This document shows, one piece after another, positions 55,849 through 64,000 of a stretch of DNA of 64,000 nt. The position numbers were made by a program, and so were the translations under genes. The notes under the pieces were generated by a model. That model saw only the letters and a program-made list of their open reading frames with translations, had not been told where the DNA came from and ran no database searches. How positions within the stretch are numbered: the first letter of the stretch is position 1; each line of letters opens with the position of its first letter. This DNA is from Trypanosoma brucei (taxonomy: Eukaryota): NCBI GenBank assembly GCA_000002445.1, contig CH464491.1, forward strand, positions 4,160,001 to 4,224,000. The letters run 5' to 3'.

Positions 55849-58136
55849 AATTCAACAACCAACTGAGAGGCGGAAGAGTAAGAAAAAAAAGGTCCTGTAT
55901 AACATGAAAATTGTGGATAGCAACGGGCAAATGATGACTCATACCCTCAACACCAAGAAGGGAGAGATGTGCCGAAACACTTGATGTTTTCAAAGTCCTC
56001 CTCAATATTCGGATGGATTCATTACGCTGCACAGAAGTCACACCCCACCATCATCCTGTCCCGTATCTCCATTCGGTGTGCAATATCTTCCCTTCCACAA
56101 AGATAGATAACAAATGAAAAACTTGTTGAACCAACCATAATTGTCAAAGCGGAAAGAGAAACCAGCTCAGGGAAGGTGAAAAGGGGAAATAGTAAAAAAA
56201 AAAGGTAGCGATCATTCACAAGCTGCTAAAATAGTAAAATAAACAACCTCACGCATATACACAAGACTCCTACTACATGGTCAGGATCCTAGAAATTTAA
56301 ATATATTCCAGGCCTGGAATATAAATATCAGTTTTGTCGTGAGGTGGATATGTTAAATCACCTAGCAACAACGTACCACCGACGAAACACCGTCCCCCCC
56401 CCCCTTTAGGGATTCTACTGAAGACAGAAACATAGGGAAAGTACACACATAAGCACACACACCGAGCATCCAATCCTTCAGTTTAATTAAAAAAGAACGA
56501 ACGCACTTCCTTCTCCCCCCCCCCGCCCCCGATCACAGGGTTCTAGCGGTAAGTCCCTTTGCCACCACCACCACCACAAGGTGCTCTCATGAGCAAAAAA
56601 AAACGTGTCCCTCGTTGAAGTAGTGCCCAAGACCACGAACATTAAGGAATGAAATCACCCATTGTCATATATTACCTTTAATAGGAACGAACGGTTTTTC
56701 TTTTTCTTTTTTTCGCCACAACGCACTAATCAACAAGCAACACACATAAAGAGGGGAATCAAAAATAGTAGGAGTTTAGTGAGAGGTCAGCGAGCCTCAT
56801 TAACACATTCACTTCAAGACAATATTTTATATGCCACAACACCGACAACAACGCCGCATCTCGTTTCCGTGTAAAAACGAAACGCGATGTCGGGTTTGTG
56901 TAACCCTACCCCCCCCCCCCCACACACACACACACGCACGTAGAAAAGGGGGTGGATGACATACTGAGAATAACCTGGCACGTATATACGTATATAGGCC
57001 AGCGGCATAAATTTGTTCGCGCTCTTCAAACACGGACGCACATCTGTCTTCAAGTGGCACCAAGGATATTATCGAATACCATGGAAACGAAAGTAAGCGA
57101 GAGAACCCGGTACCATCGGTTACTTACTGAACGCGGGTTTTCAAACCGCATAGCGCACTCTGAAAAGTGGCGAAAGTGCTCTATGCTATGTAGGAACCTT
57201 CATCCCACCTCCTCATGCTTACGCTGTTGGATAGTTATCAAAGCGAGAAATAATAACAATAATACGGAACCTTTCATTTACCAACAACAACCGCCGATCT
57301 GTCGACTTATTTGGTGATTCCGCGGACAGAACAAAAAGAAAGGGGGATATCACAAAAAGCAAACTGCAGCGGTGTTGAGTAAACATGCACAATGATATTA
57401 AGACACGGGGTCACAGTATTCACATGAACTGTCTCAAAGAAGCGGTCAACATCCCTTGGTATTACCTTGATCACTCAAAACCAACCAACCGCCTAGAGGG
57501 TACAAGGGGGGAGCAACATTCAATTCGGTGCCTCGTTGAAGAAACACAACCATATTCGGCAAACGAAGTGCCATCGGAAACACCCCGTGCTACAGCTGAT
57601 AAACACATTTTGGGCCGCTTCTGTAGGCAAATTACCAAAGCGTCTCAGACGCTAAGGCAACGTATATTTCGAGCGTAAAATTTAAAAGATTGGTCGGGAG
57701 AACAAATAAAATGGACCAAACTTACCTGCAGATGACAGCGCTCATACGCTTCATGCAGATGTTATTGCCCTGATCACCGCAGAGCATATGCAGTACATAA
57801 ACAATAAGTGAAATCAGATACAATCCTGAAGTACCAGTGACACTAAGCATTTAGGTATGAAAGTATACATTTGCAAATAGAACTTTCCACTTATTGGTTA
57901 CTTCTTCCAGAGTGTTAGCTCTCTGAACTACGGTAAAGTTCAACACCGCCCTTGCCTTTGCAACAATGAACATAGAAGAAAGCAGAGCGGAGTACCCAAC
58001 ACACGAAAAATGGTGAGACACATGTGTTAAAAAGATGTAGAGCGCAAAAAAACTTAAGTAAATTAATCTGAGAACACATGCCTCACTTCAATTAAAAAGG
58101 CAACACCACCGCTAAGGTTTCGTACTACCGATTGTA

Positions 58137-58535
58137 TTATTGTTTAGACAAAGTTAGCTGTGCACTTTCTAAAGTTGTACGGGCATCTTGCATTAACTCC
58201 CCTTCTTCCGCGTCGTTTTCGTGGGTGTCCAAAAAATCTTGCAGGTCTTTTATAGCGGCCCTCACTCTGTTTTCAGAGTGGGGAATCATCATTTGTGCCT
58301 CAGCTATGACATTCTCTTGTTGTTTTACTCGATCCGGGTTGGTATCCCTGATTGATTCTAGGCGTGCTGTTTCGCACACAACCTCCTTCTTTGCAAACTC
58401 CAGGTCCTTCATGTTACGTTTGAGTCCATTGACTTTGATTCTCAGAGCCTTTACAAAAGGATCTTCAGCCTGCTTTACTCGACCAGCAAAGCGATTAGCA
58501 GCATTGCCCTCACTTGTCGACATTTTACTCAGCAA
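58137..58535 (-). CDS. TBCA: Tubulin-specific chaperone (folding cofactor) A
   Basis: Three-helix coiled coil. MMIPHSENRVRAAIKDLQDFL matches TBCA MMIPDCQRRLEAAYLDLQRIL. Probable start Met at 58523 (MSTSEG). Confidence 0.75.
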   Translation of the reverse strand: MLSKMSTSEGNAANRFAGRVKQAEDPFVKALRIKVNGLKRNMKDLEFAKKEVVCETARLESIRDTNPDRVKQQENVIAEAQMMIPHSENRVRAAIKDLQDFLDTHENDAEEGELMQDARTTLESAQLTLSKQ

Positions 58536-58773
58536 TCTGAGACCTGTCGTAGGAAAATATCACAACTGTCTCGCCGCTCGGGGCTAGGTCTGTCTCCGCG
58601 CTCGACCCTACAACTTAAAAAGGGATGAGATATGCAAGCCCGCACACAAACAGATATATATTACCCAAGTAAAAAATATATACGAGTATACGAGAAAAAA
58701 TCTAGCCGAACCACAAAAGGATGGGGCTGATTAAGTACATCTTAGAAAAACAACCACATGATCTTAGGAGAGA

Positions 58774-59343
58774 TTAGTCATTACCCTGATCCGCCGCAAA
58801 CATCCCTTGTTCATTCAACATCCCATAGCTTGCAAGTACCTTAATTACAGTCTCGGAGGCAAAATCGTCAGTTCCACCAAACTCATCAAACCCAATAATA
58901 CTGTGGAAAGTGTTCTTGTTTTCTACTAGCATAAGCGTCGGCAGCATCAGAACATTAAATCTTTCCGCAAGAGAAGGTATTCTCTCCACGTCAACATAGC
59001 AGAATCGCGTTTCGAAATGTTGAGGTGCGATTATCTGAAGGTGGCGCTCCAATATGGAGCACCTTGATGTGCTTCTTCTCATAAAGTGAACGACAACCCG
59101 CTCAGATTCCTGCACAAACTGAAAGAATTCTTTCGGATCGGACACTTCATGAAGTCTTCCATGTCCCTTCCTTATCCATGCCTCCCTGCGTGCTTCCATC
59201 TCCTTCAGTGCCTTAAGCCTCTTTCGACGTATGTCCAGCAGCTCCTCGTCATCCATATTGTCAACACGCTCCATCTCATCGTCCACAGCACGCTCTATTG
59301 TCTCTGCGATCCGCAGAAGCGCCTGTTCTGCTGGATTTGTCAT
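58774..59343 (-). CDS. Phosducin-like protein 3 / thioredoxin-domain protein 9 (PhLP3/TXNDC9)
   Basis: MDDEELLDIRRKRLKAL, WIRKGHGRLHEVSD-KEFFQ, VVVHF..RSTSRCSILERHL, IPTLMLVENKNT and GGTDDFASETV are collinear with human TXNDC9. Confidence 0.85.
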   Translation of the reverse strand: MTNPAEQALLRIAETIERAVDDEMERVDNMDDEELLDIRRKRLKALKEMEARREAWIRKGHGRLHEVSDPKEFFQFVQESERVVVHFMRRSTSRCSILERHLQIIAPQHFETRFCYVDVERIPSLAERFNVLMLPTLMLVENKNTFHSIIGFDEFGGTDDFASETVIKVLASYGMLNEQGMFAADQGND

Positions 59344-59605
59344 TCCTTGTAAAGTAACCTTTAAAAACTGAACAAGAGGGAGAAAAAAATTTTTTTACCA
59401 AACGCAAAAATGCCTCATCCAAAAGGCATACATATATCAACAAAGGAGTCAGTTGGCCTTCTGCACTCGCAACCTCAGTGCTCAATCCCCAACAAAGCTG
59501 AGTCTTGCGCGACACATCTATCCTCCTACCGCTTGGAAGGGCGGCCTACATCGACATCCACACCGGGTTACTTTCTCCGGGCTGCAGTTTAAACGCTCAA
59601 CAATC

Positions 59606-60286
59606 CTACAAATGGGTATTGTAACTAGGATCTGTCGTTGCACACGAGGCTATAATATCAGCGTCCGTTTTCTCTCTAACATTGCGAAGAAACGAATACG
59701 ACGGGCAGCCCGTCGAATTGACAGGTGAAAAGAAACATACACGCATCTGCTTGACCACCAGTAACGTGCGGCGGAACGACACACCACCGCTGACTGAATC
59801 GGTTATATCGCTGACAATACTTTGAATGATGTATTTGAAGGAGTGAACATACGCATCCCTTAACTGAAGCACAACGTCAGTTACCCATGGGACGAAATAC
59901 GATCCATCCCTTGAGCGCGCATATAGTCGGATTTGCCACCTTATAGCGCTACAGAGCATTGCTCGGTCAGCAGCGGCTAATATTGCAAACGCACCATCCG
60001 TGTCATTTTTAAGATTATATACAATGGAAGAATAAAGCATTCTGGTCTCGGTATGATTAAGATTTCTCCCCGAGCCATATAAACCGCTCAATCCTTCCTG
60101 TGAGTAGTTCTCAGGGAGAACCAAAGATAAAGGTTCAGGCGTCAAAAGTTTCTCCCAACCTAAACCGAAAAGAATTACAACAATACACATGCGATACAGG
60201 CGCCGCATCGTAAATTGCTTAAATAACGAAAAGATAGTAGAAAAAACAATAGTACAAGCGACAAGACAAAAAACAAACCAAGCCAC
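59606..60286 (-). CDS. Hypothetical small membrane/secretory-pathway protein. Probably first gene of the transcription unit.
   Basis: 226-aa ORF with two N-terminal hydrophobic segments. Co-directional. No homology recognised. Confidence 0.45.
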   Translation of the reverse strand: MAWFVFCLVACTIVFSTIFSLFKQFTMRRLYRMCIVVILFGLGWEKLLTPEPLSLVLPENYSQEGLSGLYGSGRNLNHTETRMLYSSIVYNLKNDTDGAFAILAAADRAMLCSAIRWQIRLYARSRDGSYFVPWVTDVVLQLRDAYVHSFKYIIQSIVSDITDSVSGGVSFRRTLLVVKQMRVCFFSPVNSTGCPSYSFLRNVREKTDADIIASCATTDPSYNTHL

Positions 60287-60289
60287 TTT

Positions 60290-61065
60290 TGGATGTCAAA
60301 ATACCCCACCACCCACTGTTACCAACTCCCAACGAACGTGGCCACCTTCAAACACCACATACGGCACAAGCCTCATCACTTACGAGACAACAACAAGCGA
60401 TAAAAGACGTCCATCAACAGTGACGCATCAAACAATTATTATACGCCGTCACTGCAACAAAAACATAGAGACGAAAAATCCGGTAATTCCCACTTCCGAG
60501 AAGCATCCATGGTGGAGAGACAACCGTTGATATAATAAAAACAAGACCAATGCCAAAAAGGCAGTGACAAAAACTACAACTCACAACAGCATGCGCGTCT
60601 CCTCACCACCATCACCTTTCGCACAAAGAGTAAAAAGATAAAGGAGCATAGGACCACAATGCTAAACAACACACACACTAAAAAAAAAACGACAAGCAGT
60701 ATACAACAAACATTCCAAATCGCCAATCATTACACAATCACCTAAATGAAAACAATAAAACAAACAGTAAAAAGGGAGTAAACCACTACACGAAGAGACC
60801 AGTAACCCTTCCAACTGCAGCAACATACGCAGCCAACGGAAAAAATGAGCAAATAAAAAACATCGACACAAACGAACATTCAAATACATCACACCAACAA
60901 AAACAAAAGATAGGTGAAAAGCGCCAGCACAAGCCAACTACAAATACACCCTGACACGGAAAACCACAAAAAAATTAATAAAAAACTAGATACGATACGA
61001 AACAAACTCTACAACAATGCACCTCGCCCCTATACAAAAGATAAGCGACACATGCTTTCTTTTTT
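60290..61065 (-). promoter_or_regulatory. GT-rich (on minus/coding strand) tract upstream of first gene. Candidate Pol II transcription start region.
   Basis: About 780 bp of almost pure A+C on the plus strand, so G+T on the minus strand, immediately 5' of the most upstream minus-strand gene. Confidence 0.5.
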
Positions 61066-61068
61066 TTT

Positions 61069-61148
61069 GGGGGGGGGGAGGGGCCTCGAAATGCACATAA
61101 ACATTTCCTCCTCTATGAGGACTAAATGATGAGTCCCTCCCCCCCCCC
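61069..61148. other. G14/C14 inverted repeat (potential 14-bp all-GC hairpin with about 52-nt loop, or G-quadruplex / i-motif former)
   Basis: GGGGGGGGGGAGGG at 61069-61082 is the reverse complement of CCCTCCCCCCCCCC at 61135-61148. Confidence 0.85.
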
Positions 61149-62890
61149 TCCAATCAAATGAAAAAGGAAGTAGTGCATACACAAAGTGATGAATCGTAGA
61201 TACAAAGGAAAAAAAAAGCAAACAAATCACTGTGGACAGATGTATTTGTAAGGCCAGAAACATCCTCCAGTGCAAATATTGTTTCCTTCGGTACGCTGAG
61301 TAAAAGAGTAGATGGGTAGCGAAATGCCAGAAGATTATCATACAACTATTGTTCAGGGAGGGTGTGTCACTGTAGATGGTACCGTGAAAGTTACCGGAAA
61401 GAAATAAAGGACGGATCCGTGTGTAAGACAAAAGTAGCCATATTTTACAAACTACATGTCATTCTTTGTAGCCCTTTAAAACAAGCTCCACTCGAATTCA
61501 AGGTGGGAACCGCCTGCCACACATGGAAGTTGACTGACTATGAAACTAGTCAGCAGAGGCATACGCATTCGTATTAATTCATTCCGCTTTTCCCCACTGC
61601 GCGGCGGACCGGAATGAAAACGAGGGCGGCATCATTGCTGCTGGAGAGTGGGAAAAGACTGCCCCATAATATTCCCGGCTCGAATCGTGAACATTACTAT
61701 GAAGGTTACCGTGAGGCAAAATCGCAGCACCCCGAGAAGGTACAACTCACCACGGTGGTGGAGGGAATCGTCCCTGTGCGGTTTTTATGCAATCATTTCC
61801 AGTAACTTTAGCCGCTTTCACGGAGAAGCACACCGGAGGGTGGAGCCGAGAATGTGGATGATACAGCCGTTAGAATCAACAGCGGAAGTCGGTAAAGGGT
61901 GGACCAAACCTAGTAACACCTCCTGAAGGATTCACGACACTTCCACCTCACTAATCAAAGGAAGAGAGGACTCGTGATCCAGCGGTACGTTGCGAGTGCA
62001 ATTTGCTTCACTCTCGATTCGACTCGAAAGTAAAGCATACGGCGGGGAAAACATTGGCAGGCTGAAAAGAAACGGGTAGGTGGGAAATAAAATATGGCTC
62101 CGAAGCCACTTGTGCACACAGACGCCCTTATTGCCACGGCGCCCTCATGATCATTCTTACACATTTGTATAGTTTTGAGGGAGTCCGTAAACACAGAAAA
62201 GGGAACGATGATTCCGGACGGCACGGATAGCAGGAAGTAAAAGGGAAAGAAGCAATGGGGCCACATCAGCAAATACGTGCTAAGGCACTCATAGCGACCG
62301 AAACCAAACCGGTTACAAACTTGCTTTAGGTGCCAAGTTGTATCCAAGCGTGTTGATAATTGAAAGGGATTTGCGCAGCAAAATGGAATAGGAAAAGGGA
62401 CTCTCACTGAGCAAACAATGATGCCAATAGTAAGAGCATGAGCGCAAATAAGTAACGGATTCGGAGAGTCGTGCAATACATGGCAACGCTGGCTCGTGTA
62501 ACGCCTCTCATTTCTTCTTCAACAGGGAGTGAGCAGAGATGGAATGAATCCAAGGAGGGGGAGCGCCATCATGAAAGTGCGTTACTGAAAGTTGTTCACG
62601 AGAGCTTTGCTAAATTTAACCAACCGGCTGGCCGATAGAGAGGGCGTCACTTCCCACAACATCGCTTGTGTGGGTTGCGTACGGCACCTGAAGATGGAGA
62701 GATACGGGATACTTCTTCCGATATAACTGAAACATCATGTGATTGCCGCATGCCATTTACTCCGGAGCAGAAGGTAAAGGGATGTGGGGTGGCACCATGG
62801 CCCAAGGTAGTGTTGGCCGAAAGCGTCTTAAGTGTAGCCAAGTATTTCTGAGGCAGGTGGGCCCCACCTGGCGTATTTGCAAACAGGGGA

Positions 62891-62892
<2 letters not shown>

Positions 62893-62924
<32 letters not shown>
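62893..62924. repeat. (AT)16 microsatellite
   Basis: Perfect dinucleotide run, followed by C10 and (CAAA)n at 62937-62975. Confidence 0.95.
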
Positions 62925-62927
<3 letters not shown>

Positions 62928-63339
62928 GGAGTGACGCCCCCCCCCCAAAAAAAAAAACAAACAAACAAACAAACATATAGAAGAGAGAGCCTTTGGAAGA
63001 AGGGAAAAAATTGCCGAGCATATCAGCAGTCAACCCCTAAAAACAAATTGGAAGCGCCATCACATCAATAGTGTAGTGGGGAGTTGAAAACAACAATCGA
63101 ATGCAATTGGGCAAGTGACAACTACGAACAAAAACTGCAAGTGGAAGACGGCTGCACTGCCCTAGACAACACTTATCAGGAAGCGCCCAACCATGTATGC
63201 GACATATGCGAATTTTGGGCATCATGTAGGGAATGTGACAAAAAGACCAATTTCTCCCGCACTTAACACACCTTTGGCCCCCACAAGTACTCCGCAATGG
63301 CTGAGGTTATCTCTACTGCGGAAATACAGGGACGTCGGG

Positions 63340-63700
63340 CCATGGGTGCAACAGATGCTTAAGGTAGGGTAAGTGGTGATGGGGGAGCGTTTGATTTTAT
63401 TTATTTTTAATAATTCGATACGTTCGTGCATATAGGGATTAAGAGGTGGAAGGAAAAGTGTGTGTGTGCGATTTTTTTTTTTTTGAGATGACGGAGCAAA
63501 AAATGTTTGTCCGTACATGTGTGCTAAGCAATATAAAAGGGTGGGGGTTAATATCAAGTGGCAGTGACAGTTGTTATCGACGTTTGATCAGCAGGAGGGT
63601 TCTTCCAGATTTTCCTACATTGTTGGAGGCAATATATTTTTTTGTGTTTTTGTGGTGGTTTATAGCAGATATGTGCTGTTATGCTTAGAGGAGAATATCG
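63340..63700 (+). promoter_or_regulatory. GT-rich tract on plus strand. Candidate divergent Pol II start region for a plus-strand unit beyond the window.
   Basis: Plus-strand G+T-rich (ggtagggtaagtggtgatggggg..., gtgtgtgtgtgcgattttttttttt..., ttgtgtttttgtggtggttt). Mirror image of the minus-strand GT tract at 60.3-61.1 kb. Confidence 0.4.
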
Positions 63701-64000
63701 TGATCCAGGCCAGTACTGACGGAGAAAAAAAGCTCCATGATTTTTTCCTATCCGGTGGGCAGTGGCCTTCTGTCAGTCACTGCTGGCCGTTGTCATCTGC
63801 GGCAATTTGGCGTTTACCCTTTGCGGTTATTTTGTCAAAAAAAAATCAATTGAACTGAAACAGGCACCGCATAATCTTTAAAAAAACGTGTTCCTTGTGT
63901 GCTGCTTGCCTGCTATTCACGATGTAAGGAAACATAACGATACAGCTGAATATACTTAAATTTTCTATAAAACATACAAGTGCCCCCCCCTGACGAGATG

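Noticed and set aside
61853-61930. C/D snoRNA-like box arrangement (GGATGATAC ... CTGAAGG about 70 nt apart). Also ATGATGA at 61125 and GTGATGAA at 61185.
   Set aside because: Box C deviates from UGAUGA or lacks a properly spaced D box. No terminal stem complementarity, not repeated, too weak to call without covariance models.
1-64000. Prokaryotic-style defence / operon system, CRISPR array, mobile element
   Set aside because: Sequence has eukaryotic kinetoplastid hallmarks (unidirectional intronless genes, polypyrimidine tracts, eukaryote-specific proteins such as RPN7, MCM7, TBCA, USP). The only repeats are a 2-copy tandem gene duplication, a 2-copy 164-bp element and microsatellites. No transposase, retroelement RT or terminal inverted repeats were seen.

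Overview
This window looks like a kinetoplastid nuclear chromosome segment, most likely Trypanosoma brucei. Evidence: all 23 long ORFs are on the minus strand and unbroken, intergenic regions are pyrimidine-rich on the coding strand, and the NDPK, RPN7, TBCA, MCM and AAT proteins look trypanosomal. It is one long polycistronic transcription unit read from about 60.3 kb down to about 1.3 kb. Gene order along transcription: hypothetical membrane protein; PhLP3/TXNDC9; tubulin cofactor A; MCM7; nucleoside diphosphate kinase; hypothetical 618 aa; FG-GAP membrane protein; USP deubiquitinase; flagellar-type coiled-coil protein; alpha-SNAP; TFIIH p34-like; FYVE protein; CS+TPR (DNAAF4-like); URI-like prefoldin; RPN7; double-RRM protein; 30-TM membrane protein; DEDDh exonuclease; three large hypotheticals; and a tandem pair of amino-acid transporter (AAT) paralogues. 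The window end (60.3-64 kb) has no coding capacity. It shows mirrored GT-skew on opposite strands, a G14/C14 inverted repeat and (TA)n tracts, consistent with a divergent strand-switch / Pol II initiation region. No rRNA, tRNA, CRISPR or prokaryotic-style system is supportable. The 'novel system' hypothesis is not supported beyond the points flagged in the findings. Sequence-level observations are read directly from the window; product calls rest on motifs I recognise from memory and need profile or BLAST confirmation.
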